A DNA stretch of 62,382 nt, the filler included, from Basidiobolus ranarum (taxonomy: Eukaryota): the NCBI GenBank assembly GCA_040143965.1. It is 18 parts of 18 records of this genome, joined end to end, with 100 filler letters (N's around TTAATTAATTAA, not from the genome) between each part and the next. Parts side by side here need not be neighbours in the genome. Positions count along the whole stretch, not along the records: positions 34,755 to 38,124 come from JASJQH010002538.1; positions 38,225 to 41,593 come from JASJQH010002539.1; positions 41,694 to 45,061 come from JASJQH010002540.1; positions 45,162 to 48,528 come from JASJQH010002541.1; 14 more parts are not named here. One strand, written 5' to 3'. Below, piece after piece: positions 35,881-48,628 of the stretch (positions within the stretch are counted from its first letter, which is position 1; each line of letters begins with the position of its first letter). Made by a program: the position numbers and the translations under genes. The notes beneath the pieces were generated by a model. It did no database searches, was not told the DNA's origin, and saw nothing but the letters and a program-made list of their open reading frames with translations.

Positions 35881-36795
35881 CTAGAAATGCTTATCTATAC
35901 CAGCGCTTACTACACTCTCAGTTGCCTTCCACTGTTGAATCTTCTCTACTCCAAGTTTACCCTTCATGGTTGTACCATCCAATACTTCCTGAAGCTCTTC
36001 GAGACGTGATTCGGCTCTACGTTGATCGATAACTCCACCCATGTCACGAAGATCAGCCAACATATCAGAAATGGTACGAATATACTTCTTAGGTGGAGAC
36101 AGCATAAACACCTTGATTTTGTCTTCCAAATTAGAAGGAGTTACGAAATCACTGGTATGATAATGAAGCTTAAGTGCTTGCTTCAAACGATTTTGGGAGT
36201 GTCTAGCCTCGCGTGAACGATAATGCTTCAAACGAGCCTCTCTTTTAGCGAGTTTCTCGGCATCGAGGTTGGAGTCAGAGGGTTGAATCTCACCCAAAAC
36301 ATGTTCAGGTGCCAGCTCGTCACCAGGTTGGGTTTTACGTGCTTCTTCATATTCCTTTCTTTTAAGTTCTCTCTCCTGACGTTTCTCTTGAAGACGTTGT
36401 TGTTGTCTTTCTTTCTTCACTTTACTAGCGTGAAGACGTTCTTCTTGAACTGTTAAAAGTTCTTTTTTGAATTGCCATCTAAGTTGAGATAATTGTTGCT
36501 TATATCTCTTTTTAGCATCGGTAGGATGAAGCTCTTCCGAAGGTTGACTAGGTAAATCCTTAATAGTAAGAAGTTCTTTCTTAGGAGGTGGAGTTAGATG
36601 ACTACCAGGTGGTGGACGAAAACCAGGTGCGTATCCAGATTTTCCAGGACGATAAGTAGGATCGATAAACAGTTTCTTGGAAGGAATCTCTTTTTCGTCA
36701 TAGCAAGGAGCACTAACGGTAACGAAACTACGTAAAGCAGTGACACCACCACGTACCTGAATAACTTTCTTTGAAAGTTGAGAAATCAAGGACAT
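35881..36795 (-). CDS. Probable mitochondrial small-subunit ribosomal protein mS26 (304 aa)
   Basis: Mitochondrial presequence-like N-terminus, long charged coiled coil, and FVTPSNLEDKI resembling the MRP-S26 FIT.ENLE..I motif. Assignment is by motif recall only. Confidence 0.55.
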   Translation of the reverse strand: MSLISQLSKKVIQVRGGVTALRSFVTVSAPCYDEKEIPSKKLFIDPTYRPGKSGYAPGFRPPPGSHLTPPPKKELLTIKDLPSQPSEELHPTDAKKRYKQQLSQLRWQFKKELLTVQEERLHASKVKKERQQQRLQEKRQERELKRKEYEEARKTQPGDELAPEHVLGEIQPSDSNLDAEKLAKREARLKHYRSREARHSQNRLKQALKLHYHTSDFVTPSNLEDKIKVFMLSPPKKYIRTISDMLADLRDMGGVIDQRRAESRLEELQEVLDGTTMKGKLGVEKIQQWKATESVVSAGIDKHF

Positions 36796-37845
36796 GTTTT
36801 ACAACACTCAAGTTCCAAATATAAAACCGACAACAAGAGAGGGGTTACCAAAGAGGTGCTTCTATCAGAAGTAAACCGATCCTGAGAGAAAATAGAAGTT
36901 TTTCTTGGCTCCGAAAATGAGGAATTATACGAGCCGTTCGATCAGTAAGTATAAATTTTTTAAACCTTGATTCTCGATGTTCCTGATGGGGAGAAAGAAA
37001 CATAAGGGGAGGGGTAGCTTGTTCTCCCTGGAAAAATATCCGTATCCCTAGTTTGCGATAATATAGGTCTATCATTAAGTAATGCATACATTAAAATAAA
37101 ATTTAAAACTATGCATAAATGTTGTTTAAATTCAGCATAAGTAATCCAAAGTCAAAATGATTTTCTGATAGCAGAACCGATCTGTTGGTTCATAGAACCG
37201 AATCTAGAATCGACGTGGATATACCTTTACCATTTATCATTGGTATCATTACTTACCTTGCATCGTTCTTACCGTATAGCTCTATCGGATACCTATCCAT
37301 ACCGATCTTGCTATATTTAGGTTTAGCCAGGTGTCCACTTTTTTAGGTAAGTCAGTCGCAAGATTGCTTTACGGCGAATGATTACCCATAATTAGTAACG
37401 CCATAAAGATTTGTGTATGGCATATGAATCCTATTGCAATTTACCTGATATCAATGATTGATAAGATGAGTGATTAGATTGTAATTAAAGTTTTAGTATA
37501 TACGTATATAGTTCGTAAGATCGAATGCTTTATTATTTAATGTAATATCTTATTGTTTGGATTGTATATGAAATGCTGATTGTTCTGAAACTGAAAGTAC
37601 ACAATTGTTCCACCAACTTAAGTGTACTCGACATCAGTTTCGCGTTAGAACTGTCATGAAGAATTCTTTGGAATATTCATCAAATAAAAAGGTTGAGTAA
37701 ATGAAAGTGAAAAGAAAGGGACGTGAAATGAACGGAAAAATACATCTAATAAAAAAGATTAATGGTGAGCTTATATGTTTCAGGGGTTTTGGCCTCTATC
37801 GAGATTGAAATATGTATAGTAGTAACGGCGTTTTTTGGGAGGCAA

Positions 37846-38124
37846 TTAGTATGATTTGCCGAGAACAGCTGCAAGTAGGGCCATGCGTACGTAGAGACCG
37901 TATCTCATTTGGCGGAAGTAGGCAGCGCGTTGATCGAAGTCTACCTCAGGATCAATTTCGTTAACTCTAGGAAGGGGATGCATGACGATCATGTTTTCCT
38001 TAGCCTTGTTCATAACATTGTTGTTGATAATGTAGGCATCCTTGAGGCGTTCATACTCTTCAAGGTTGTCGAAACGCTCCTTTTGCACTCTGGTGACATA
38101 CAAGACGTCGGTAAGACCAATCAC
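37846..38124 (-). CDS. URA2: Aspartate carbamoyltransferase C-terminus (end of URA2/CAD multifunctional protein), 5'-truncated
   Basis: [48 protein letters not shown]. Confidence 0.92.
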   Translation of the reverse strand: MIGLTDVLYVTRVQKERFDNLEEYERLKDAYIINNNVMNKAKENMIVMHPLPRVNEIDPEVDFDQRAAYFRQMRYGLYVRMALLAAVLGKSY

Positions 38125-38902
38125 NNNNNNNNNNNNNNNNNNNNNNNNNNNNNNNNNNNNNNNNNNNNTTAATTAATTAANNNNNNNNNNNNNNNNNNNN
38201 NNNNNNNNNNNNNNNNNNNNNNNNTAGCGGTTGATGATCAATGCAGATCAGTCCTTGGAAGCGCATGGTTGAGGTTCTTGATTTGCAGGTGGAGGCGTGC
38301 AGGATTTCTCCAAGACATATGTTCGGTACCCATTCAGAGTTGAAGACTCGCAAAAGTTACATATATACCCCTTTTGAACTTCAAGGCCTTAAATCATGCT
38401 GATGAGTTCTTATTTGTTGTCGAGCCATAGTATATGATCTATTTATGAATTGTGTGGTGCCCTTAACTCGATTGGTTGATAGTAAAGATACCATTTGATT
38501 TAACTAAGAAACACAAGATCCAAACAAATATATTCGAAATACATAAAATGCAGTAAATGAAAGGGTGAGCGTTTCCGATGTCAGGTATCTTCTAATACCT
38601 GGTAGCCCCTTTCTTTTTGTGGTATTTTATTAGCAATTGAATGGATACAGTACACTTCTATTCCAGACACTCGCTTTATTTTTCTGTCACGTAGCTTAGA
38701 GTTGCCCTTTTCTTCAATTTCTCCCTGTTCTTTTTGTCCTCATAGAACATTGGTGTAAGATCGTTCGCTTTCACCCAGTTTAACCGCTTCAGCTCTCTTT
38801 TACATAAATAAATTCATACACGAAGGTATAGTGGTAACATAACGGGATAAAAATTGATGTAACGGCATTAATTCTATGTATCAAGTTTAGTAGCTAAAGG
38901 CC

Positions 38903-41593
38903 ATGACGGGTAACAATATTAAAGTCGTATGTCGGTTTCGACCTCAGAACAAAATGGAAGAAAGAAAGAACGGTGTGCCTGTTGTCTATATCGATGAATC
39001 AGGGACATCGGTTAAATTAGAAGTAATGACAATCCCTCTACTATCACCTTTTTTTCTCGGGTCTTAGTTCGTAAACTCAACATTTTACTTTTCTGAATCC
39101 CATAGAGTAAAGATTATACCGGATCTTTCACCTTCGATAGGTGTTATGGTCCACTTACTTCCCAACAAGAGTTATTTGAATATGGTGTTATACAGACTGT
39201 AGAAGGTATGTATCTAGCTACTCTCTAAATTGGAGAGATACTAACTCTTGGATTGTTAGATGTGATGCAAGGTTATAACGGTACCGTGTTTGCATATGGC
39301 CAAACTGGTAGTGGTAAAACACACACTATGATGGTAGAATATAGCCCATGAGAAGTCCAGCATTTATAGATTCTTAATACTGTTTCTACATAGGGTGACA
39401 TGGGGAGTGACGAATTTAAAGGGATTGTTCCTCGTATCGTCGAGAAAATCTTTAAATCAATACACGAGTCTCCATCTACCACAGAGTATACTGTCAAAGT
39501 ATCCTATATGGAGATCTACATGGAAAAAGTTCGGGATTTACTAAACCGTCAGTATTCGCATACAATCATAAATGTTTCATAAGCGACTAATAATCACTCT
39601 TTCAAATAGCTAAAAATGATAATCTTCCCATCCACGAGGAGAAGAGTCGAGGTATCTACGTCAAAAACCTGTGTGAAGTGTACGTCAGTGGCTTGAATGA
39701 AGTTTATGAGGTTATGAACCGAGGTGGGAGTTCCCGTATGGTCTCTTCTACAAGTAAGCATGTTGTTTGGGTGACTTGATTCAGTCTATGAATAACAATA
39801 TCTTTTCTCGTGCTATCAAAGGCATGAATGCTGAGAGCTCACGCTCCCATTCCATCTTCATCATTGTTATCAACCAAAAGAATTTGCTAGATGGAAGTTT
39901 GAAAAGTGGCAAGCTATACTTGGTAGATTTAGCTGGCTCAGAGAAAGTGGGCAAAACAGGAGCTTCAGGCCAAACCTTGGAAGAGGCCAAAATGATCAAC
40001 AAATCTCTCACATCTCTTGGTATGGTTATCAACGCCTTAACTGACGGCAAGGTATTTGTTTGATAGTGATGTGTGAAATCATCAGGTTTGAATTAACCGC
40101 TGCATCTATTTCAGTCAACACATGTACCATACCGTGACAGTAAACTTACTAGGATTCTACAAGAATCTTTAGGTGGCAACTCCCGCACTACATTGATTAT
40201 CAACTGCTCTCCTTCATCTTACAACGATGCCGAAACATTGAGCACCCTTCGTTTTGGAACGAGGTAAAGACGAATTTAGGGAATACCTCCAAGCTATACC
40301 CATACTTATCAGAACGTGTGTTACTTATAGAGCCAAGACCATCAAGAACAAGGCCAAGGTTAATCAAGATCTCAGTCCTGAAGAGCTAAAAGCAATGTTA
40401 AAGCAATCCAAGGCTGAGGCGCTCACATTCAAACAATATATTGCTTCACTTGAGGGTGAATTGGTTGTCTGGCGCTCAGGTAAGTGCCAAGTATGGCTGA
40501 AAATACACCTATTGATTATATAAAACCCAAGCATTTACTTGTCATAAGGTGGTTCTGTGCCCGAAGAAAAGTACGCCTCCATGGACAGGATTATTGGAAA
40601 GAACAAGGGTCGAACTGTCGCTTCCAAAACCTCGCATTCGAAGCTACAAGCGTCAGCCGCTCTCCCTACACCTGCGTCTTCGACTTATGGAACCGACTCC
40701 CGCTCAATGTCACCAGTTTTAGCTTTTTCCGATGACGAACGTGAGGATTTCTTGAAGCGAGAGAATGAATTGACTGATCAACTCACAAATAAGGTATATT
40801 TAGAGGCTCTTTGATTTGGCCATGATGTATATTTATAAATGTAACTTCATGAATTGTAGGAGTTCGAGCTCAATAACCAAATTAGACTAAATGCGACACT
40901 GAAAGAGGAATGTAGCTCTCTAAAGAAAGATGTGGTACGATATGCAAAGGTATGCTGAGATTTGATTGCCCAGAATGTCGAGTTACCACCTCTAAACTGC
41001 TTGTTCCAAAACAGGAAAACAAAGATATGATCAATAAGATCAACAAACTTAGGCATCATTTAGAGAATCTTACGTACGAGAATAAGGATGCCGTAATCAA
41101 CATGGACAGCCTTAAAGAAGCTAATCAAGAGTTAATGAAGGAAGTTGAGGAGCTGAAGGTAAGCCCTATACAGACAACGTATTCATCGAAACCTTTATTC
41201 ATCGGCATCATCGCTCGGTTAGAAAACCATCGGCGAGCTTCGTCGGATTTCCAAAAACGCTGCTGACGAAGGAAAGGAGATGAGGAAGCAAGACAAAATG
41301 GCCCGAATGATGGCTGGGCTTGATCCTTCTGTCAGTGTATTTTCATGAACGTAATCTATGCCATGTATGCTTCTTACTAATATATTGTTCAGATTTCTGA
41401 GAAGGAGCTGAGAATAAAATATGCCCTCTCTGAGCTTGACGATGTCGAAAATAAGTCAGAAACATTCACCGATGGTGAGGTTAGGGCTTTAAGATCTGAT
41501 TTGTCTCATGCTAAAACGCTTATTGAACGACACGAACAAACAATCAATGAGTTGGGCTGCGAGAACGACTTTCTTACTCGAAAGAGAGGGGAA
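38903..41593 (+). CDS. kinA: Kinesin-1 (conventional kinesin) heavy chain, 13 exons seen, 3'-truncated
   Basis: [61 protein letters not shown], fungal neck [13 protein letters not shown]. Introns at 39023-39105, 39206-39259, 39334-39393, 39548-39609, 39754-39821, 40052-40114, 40264-40330, 40480-40548, 40794-40859, 40950-41014, 41159-41222, 41331-41392. Confidence 0.95.
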
Positions 41594-41693
41594 NNNNNNN
41601 NNNNNNNNNNNNNNNNNNNNNNNNNNNNNNNNNNNNNTTAATTAATTAANNNNNNNNNNNNNNNNNNNNNNNNNNNNNNNNNNNNNNNNNNNN

Positions 41694-42267
41694 TGTTATA
41701 ATTTAACGAGGAAGTATCAAGATTGATAAATACCTCGAATAGCTCGTCATATGCAGCCTCAGACTCTGCTTCATAATCCATAAATAGCTCTTCTCCCATG
41801 GAATCCACTAGGTTAGTTTGGTCCGTACTTGGATCTAACATGCTTGAATTTTCTTCATCCAGGGATACCTTCCCATCGTTTAAGCTTGATACGGAGTGAT
41901 GCTCTAACGTCTTTTCTGGTTCGGCCCCATCAATTATTCCTGGCTGTTGACTAAAAATATAGCTGTCAACAGATTCAATATCCAACTCAAAGCCGATATC
42001 AAGGGCACCAACAGAAGATGCCAATGGGCTATATTGACTATTTGATTTGGGTACTTCATCTTGATTATTGTTGTCAATATCTTCTTCATCCTGGAGCCAA
42101 ACTGAAAAGCAATATTAGACTTGATATGAGATAAAGTAGCAGTAGTGAGGCATAGTACCATATTGTTGAGACGGTTCTCCGGGGCTATTTACTGCTTCAC
42201 AATCCACATAACTGCTAGAATCAGATATACTTTCGATATCATCGTTGTCGAAGGGATGGGAAGACAT
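41694..42267 (-). CDS. Acidic hypothetical protein N-terminus (exons 42267-42159 and 42101-41694), 3'-truncated
   Basis: MSSHPFDNDDIESISDSSSY... splices in frame through a 57-bp GT-AG intron with CTAAT branch site to ...DEEDIDNNNQDEVPK...ASSVGALDIG. Confidence 0.6.
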
Positions 42268-43673
42268 TGTATGCCAAGATCAATACGGGACGTTGATAGT
42301 CACGGGCGCTATTTATGTGTTAACCGAATAAAAACACATGACACCCTGATTGGAACAGTGATGTTATTTTAGGGAGTACCATTGGTACTTGTTGCCGCAT
42401 TTGGTTTCGTTTCTTAGTGATACTGTCTGCGCTAGTCTCAGTATTAAGATAGCATTATCTGTGTCTCCCCAATCTAGACTATTTCTCATATGTATCTTGA
42501 TAGAATGATCAGGTATCCTGGTGATAGATTTCAGAGCATTTCACTGAGTGAAACCCATGCCACGTATTGCTATGTAAATAAACTTAATTTCTCCCTGATT
42601 AAAAATGGCGCAGTTTCTGGTTCATGACAAGCTCATTTCCGCAATGACCAGCGTTGGCCCTGTGAAATGAGCTTGTATGATATAGAACGCTATATTGGAT
42701 GCTGGACAGGTCATTCATTTTGTTTCATACGTTGTAGCCCCCACCAGGCTTTAACTACAGTATTCGAACTTCCTCAAGCTTATGGACAAGTACAAGACCA
42801 TTGTCTGCTTTATCCCGTATCCTTATGCTCAAATTTTGTAATAGCCAGCTCAGTTGTTGCACATTCATTGCGCGTAATTCTCGCAGCATAGCTTACCCTT
42901 GTAAAAAAATGAAATACGATATAAGGAGGGGTGATCATAGTTATATGCTAATACTTGACGTCACTGTGGATGTAATTTTTGTTGTGAACAATACTGGTCA
43001 GCAATTGCACAAACCATGCTGGTTTGCTTGCCTAATATTTATCATCGCATACTCATCAGTATGGATGATTATGTTGCAAACACACATTCAAACGATAAGT
43101 AGTCAAGTAGTGATGCATCTGGAGCGCTTAATTCAGAACCACTAAATAGCTTAATTGGCAATGTATTGAGGTAAGTAGAGAAATTACCACTATAGAACCT
43201 AATTGTCGCGTATTAAAACTTGTTGCCTAATAGTAACAATCACCCAAATGCTAGCCTCGTTGCTACGGGCTAATCCACAGGTTAGGACAATAATACTGGA
43301 GAGGTAAGCATGAAGATGTTAATATCTACCATCTATTTATCTACATAATGTATAAATTGTTTGTGATCAAAATATCAAACAAGTCACATTTATTACATGC
43401 ATGTTGAGAAATGTCAACATTCAAGGGCCAGGACAGTGGCAAACCATTGAACAGCTCAGTTAGTATAGCTCAGCAAAGAAAATGTCTAGCTTAATCTTAT
43501 GATGTTAACTAGGGAAGGAAAAGTCTCACATGGTGAAACTTTGTAGTGCTATATTTTTGATCTAAAAACAGGGGCATAAGGAATAGTAGTAGCCTAACAA
43601 AATGGAACATATTCAAATCATCTCCTACTATTGACATCTATATGCTGCGGTAGTTTTGTTCTCTTAGTTGTAG

Positions 43674-43716
43674 TTAGGGGGAGAGAATTCTCCAAGTGGT
43701 GTAGTCTTCATTTAGA
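43674..43716 (-). mobile_element. Highly degraded LINE 3' tail copy
   Basis: TTAGGGGGAGAGAATTCTCCAAGTGGTGTAGTCTTCATTTAG resembles TTAGGGGGGATGAAAAGCACCAGATGGTGTAGACTTTATTTAG (62157). Confidence 0.55.
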
Positions 43717-43924
43717 TCTCACTTACAACTTAATGTTATTCCAATGAAAGAAGTTCAAACCCTACCTGCATATACTTAGCAATCAAGTCAATTTGTGCAA
43801 ATAGCAAAGAAGCAGCAAGTGTGGATCGTTGTTGCATAGTGAGAAGAAAGTTGTGCATATTGTATAGGCTACAAGAGACAGGTCATGATAGTTGCTTAGG
43901 CCTAAATCATTTAGATTTTATTTC

Positions 43925-44272
43925 TGTGGAATTTAGCATTACTTAAACACCTATATAGTCATATATAGCTTAGTATTTAGTTTTCTTATATTTTACTAAG
44001 ATATTATCTATTATTCCCAATTGGAATTTACTTAGAATATTGACACCAACTTGGAAGCTCTCAGATATGCAGATTTTTCAAACTTGTGCTAGAAGCCCCA
44101 ACCTGTGCACACCTGTTTCTGGGACCTTCCTTAGCATATTCTACACCTTTTTTTGCTTACATTGTCATAAAACTATAAATGTCAACTTACTACTCAATTA
44201 ATCAACAAGTGAAAACCACTAATTTCTCTAATTTTCCAAACCAATTCCAACAGGCTCACAAATACTTTAAAG
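43925..44272 (+). mobile_element. Solo LTR family A (a second, reversed partial copy at 44540-44717)
   Basis: Aligns end to end with 19745-20091. Confidence 0.88.
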
Positions 44273-44752
44273 ACTTCAACACAGGCCTGTTCCTAGCAAG
44301 ATAAAACTTTTGAGCTGAAGTTAGTATATATATACACTTAAAATACTGGGGCAAAGAAAGCCAACAAGTGATGTGAATTGTAATCAGTGCAGGTATTCTC
44401 CTCCACAAGGTGATATTTGCAGCAATATTGACCAATTTACTCTGATAGGGTTAAATCCTACCTATACCTACCATGCAGAGTAATACATGTAAGCAGTAGT
44501 GATATAAAGGCAGCATTAAGTGGGAAAACTAATAAATATTGTTAAAGTATATTGGGAGCCAGTTGAAAGTGGTTTGGTGAACTGGACTATTAGGTGGTTT
44601 TCACTTATTGATTTCTTGAGTAGAAGGTGGAAATTTATTGTTTTGTCACAATGTAAGCAAAAAAAGATGTAGAGTATGTTAGGGAAGGTCTGAGTAACAT
44701 GTGTGCAAGGTTTGGGGTGTTGTGCACCAACATACAAAGTTGTTTAACTTAT

Positions 44753-44952
44753 CCCTAACAGAAATTTGAGGATTGTTATCGTAGGAAAACCGTCACAATT
44801 TTAATCCATTTGGGATTGACCGTTTACTTACTGTCATAAAATCGTCAAGTTAGATTTGATTTTAATCAATTTTTTCAGTTTCAGGAGTGAAATTTCAAGA
44901 TCTCGCAAAATAGTTGCGAATGATTGGCTAAAATCTCAGAGAACTATGGATC
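44753..44952. mobile_element. CCCTAAC-TIR DNA transposon end, CpG-retaining (younger) copy
   Basis: Aligns with 6330-6530. Confidence 0.8.
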
Positions 44953-45061
44953 TTAGGGTTAGGGGGGAGACAGTCACCCAAAGGTGAAATCTTTATTTCA
45001 AACAAAACAAAGAAGCCATAACTACTTTTGTAGTTTCTTAACTAATGTATGGAGATCAGGA
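44953..45061 (-). mobile_element. 3' end of second telomere-tailed retroelement family
   Basis: TTAGGGTTAGGGGGGAGACAGTCACCCAAAGGTGAAATCTTTATT; reverse complement aligns with 52094-52200. Confidence 0.75.
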
Positions 45062-47504
45062 NNNNNNNNNNNNNNNNNNNNNNNNNNNNNNNNNNNNNNN
45101 NNNNNTTAATTAATTAANNNNNNNNNNNNNNNNNNNNNNNNNNNNNNNNNNNNNNNNNNNNCATAAGATCACTTGGAGCTTACATTTATATTATCTATAG
45201 GAACGGATGCACCACATTTAGAAAGATTTGCCATATTTTGTATATTTACGGATGCGTGAATACGAAGTGGGTATAGATGTGGGAATAAATGGGGCAAGGA
45301 TTAGATTCCCAAAGAAAATTTTACAGTGCTGAGGGCATTCACCGCGAATATTCATATAAAATCTTCGTTAGGTATAACAACAGGGGGAAAGGGTTTTTTG
45401 AAACTTGTTGATAAATGCAGTCAGGTGCCATTATGCAAAAAATCTCTAGAAAATCAACAAATTTTAAAATCCAATGCAATTCATGGGATAGAATGAACTG
45501 AGCTTACCCCAAGATTAATGTCAATGAAATGTTTTCTTTTGTCATGACTTATTATTGCTACGGTTGAAGAGTAAAGCCCATACTAGTCTAACTATTCAAA
45601 GACTATCTAAGGACCAAGGTCTTGGCACTGAATCCTAGTAATTATTTATTATGGTCGAAGTCAATTACGCTATGATTCCTGTTTGTTCCGATTTCAATTT
45701 CTTCATATGTTTTCCATTAAAAGATACCATAGAGAAATAGAATGCCTGAAATCGGCACAATAGCTATGGCAACAAAGACGCAGTCAAAAGACATAGAGAT
45801 AATCGTCCTGCATATTCAGTAGAAAATACTTGGCAACTGTTACTTCATCAGATGGTAGATGGTTCAGCTCAATTGGACTTAATATGGAAACTTACTTTAG
45901 ATGCAAACAGGTTAGGCTGCATTCGTTAAAGAAGGTGGCGTTAATATTCTACAGGGATGTTCTGAATACATAACAATGCGAAGCTGAAAGTGCCTCGTTT
46001 CTCCATATTCCGAGTGATGTAATTAATTCTGTCACTCAGAATGTCAACATAACTACCATCTTAATCATTGGCTAACACAAACTATACAGCGAACTAATCA
46101 GGAGCAACTTTCTGCACAGTGGCCAATAAAATTCAGATAAAAGACTTAATTGGCATCTTGATTAGCATGTTCATGTTAGAACATCGTTAGACGGCAAAGG
46201 TCAAAAATTAGCATTTGTATCTGCAAAGCCCCTAGTATAACTCGTCACTATACATGTTTCTGATATGCTCATTAAGTGTTTAACAATAGATAGTGTAGCT
46301 CAAGGTTTGCCGTCATTGACTCTAGTGTATCTTTGTTACTGGAAGAGCTGTAGATTCGTTTCAAAAATATTCATTAAATCAAAGCGGGTATATGTGATTC
46401 GGTTCCTATATTTTTCGCCCCTATTAACTCGTAAAGCATGGCGACGAATGGCAGTACGTTAGTGGACATTCAGAAATACTACTTTATCATATTTAATATA
46501 CTTCAAAAGTACGAGTCTGGCTTGGTCATTCTGCACCAAGGGCAGCACTAGACAGAAGGTGCAGATGATATGTATGCAGCGTGCGTTATACTAGCTATCA
46601 TTCACTCATTATCGGCTTGAATACAGCCCTACTAGACATAGGAATGGCGTATCAACTTGAATGGGAAGCATTGTCTAAGTAAGCTGACTACAACTCTTGC
46701 GTCGAGGTGTTGCAACAATACTCCTCAAGTTCTTTCATACGTCATAGATACCTTGGGCCCTCTCATCCTCTAGCCACATGAGTGCTTGTCTGGTGTTTAA
46801 ACCTTTTTGGCCTCGCAATAAACTGTGGCATATAATTCGACTGCACATTTTGAATCACAATCCTTTCGTTAGATTAGGAAATCTTTTGTTTACAAAATCA
46901 TGGACGGTCTTTGTAGACTTTCAAACGTTTGATTGGCTCTTTGTCATCTTAATTTTAGCCTCTTAGTCCAAAAAAGGACAACCTACAGAAACAGCAGTAG
47001 GACGTATATTTGTGCAATCTTTGACAATGTCCATTTTGGGCGATATTCAAACATCTGGAGAGCAAGTAAATAATAAACAATAATTCATTATTTTTTGTCA
47101 TTGCTGTTGTAGTCAAAATGGCATCCATTGATCGCATATTTTATTCGTGCATGTCTTCATTTTATCTGAAGCAACCAACTGCTTGCTGGCTCATTCTGAT
47201 CGTTAACTCCCTGTGCTTGTCTCAACCACTCCCTTTTCTCTCTTATTCATCACAATCCTTTTCTCGTCCTATATTGGTTTGATATTTTATTTCATTCTAC
47301 TCTTACTACTTCCAAACTAGAGTCACTAGTGGCCCTTACCTTGCTTTAGAGTTACTTGTTTTCTCAATAATCTATAGTGATTCCTCTTTTATTTATCACT
47401 GTGGCCTGCATTTGGTTAAAGGAAGTGATCTTTTTTATCGACCAAGTATAGATCAGCAAAGCACCCATAAACACTCTGAAACACCACAATTTGAAGGAAC
47501 AAAC

Positions 47505-48528
47505 ATGAAAATAGGGCAAGAAGCTAGTAAAGCGAGAAACAGTCACTATGTTTTGTGGAATTATATAGACCGAAAATTAATTGTCAACGATCCAAAGTTG
47601 CCGACACTCGAACAGGTGCTATCAAGAAAAACCTCTCCACCAGTATGCTTATATAATTACTATCTATTTCTACGTGACACTTATCGCTCAGTAGAGAATC
47701 TCGACTTTTGGTTGGATGTGGTCGCTCACGAAAATCTATGTAAACTTTATTGCAAAGAATTACTCTCCAACTTGAACGATTCTCATAGCCGTGCTCACTC
47801 ATTTACCCCAGTCGAGAATCTTGGTACCTTAAATAAGCTTAGTCTCAAAGAAGTATCAGATGAACTCAGGTTTAGTACAATAAGTGGAGTAAGTACTGAA
47901 AAGAGATCTAGCTCAAACGCTATATCAACTACTGATTTAGAGGCAACGAACTTGACGACTCAAGCGTCACATATGGAGGTCTCTATGGATAATAAAATCG
48001 ATTCTAGTGGGCATTACACGAAGCGATACGCTGATTCTGAACTACCATTGAGACAAACTAACAACAAGATTCAACGAGATGATTTGAGACAATCTGCAGA
48101 AAAAATATATTACAAATATATTGTATCTGGTGCCGAGAAGGAACTCGTACTACCTGAGATGATTCGCCAGCGCATCAGCCAAATGGTAGAGAATGACCAC
48201 CGTGATGATCCTGAAGTTTTTCTAGAAGCTAAACTCTTTGTGTTCGACTATATGGCTCAAGACTCCTTCCCAAGATTCATTCGGGCTAGAGCATATTCCA
48301 ATCTTGTTACCCTCCATGCAATGTTTCGACTGGTATTAGGCCTGTTTATATTGTTCTTCGGCTTTACTGTTGAGTTTACACTCATCTTCTTGGACTATCA
48401 ACCAAAGCTGGCACGGCTTTGGGTAAGTAAACTGATGATTTGTCCGAAATGCCCTAAATCAGACTAGAAGTGACTAATATGTTGATGTCTAACTCATTTT
48501 AGGGCTTCATACCTATCTGGCTTGGGAC
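47505..48528 (+). CDS. RAX1: RGS-domain membrane protein, Rax1-like (intron 48423-48502; 3'-truncated; start uncertain)
   Basis: LPTLEQVLSRKTSPPVCLYNYYLFLRD...ENLDFWLDV, SAEKIYYKYIVSGAEKEL, RDDPEVF, FPRF, then transmembrane helices. Confidence 0.82.
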
Positions 48529-48628
48529 NNNNNNNNNNNNNNNNNNNNNNNNNNNNNNNNNNNNNNNNNNNNTTAATTAATTAANNNNNNNNNNNNNNNN
48601 NNNNNNNNNNNNNNNNNNNNNNNNNNNN

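Noticed and set aside
38823-38880. tRNA-like GGTATAGTGGTAACAT upstream of kinesin
   Set aside because: Only an A-box/D-arm-like stretch; no T-arm (GTTCRA) or acceptor stem.
42145-47140. Numerous 60-115 aa ORFs in the ORF track
   Set aside because: Often non-ATG starts, no motifs, AT-rich or antisense to real features; treated as spurious. The same applies to short ORFs overlapping genes elsewhere.
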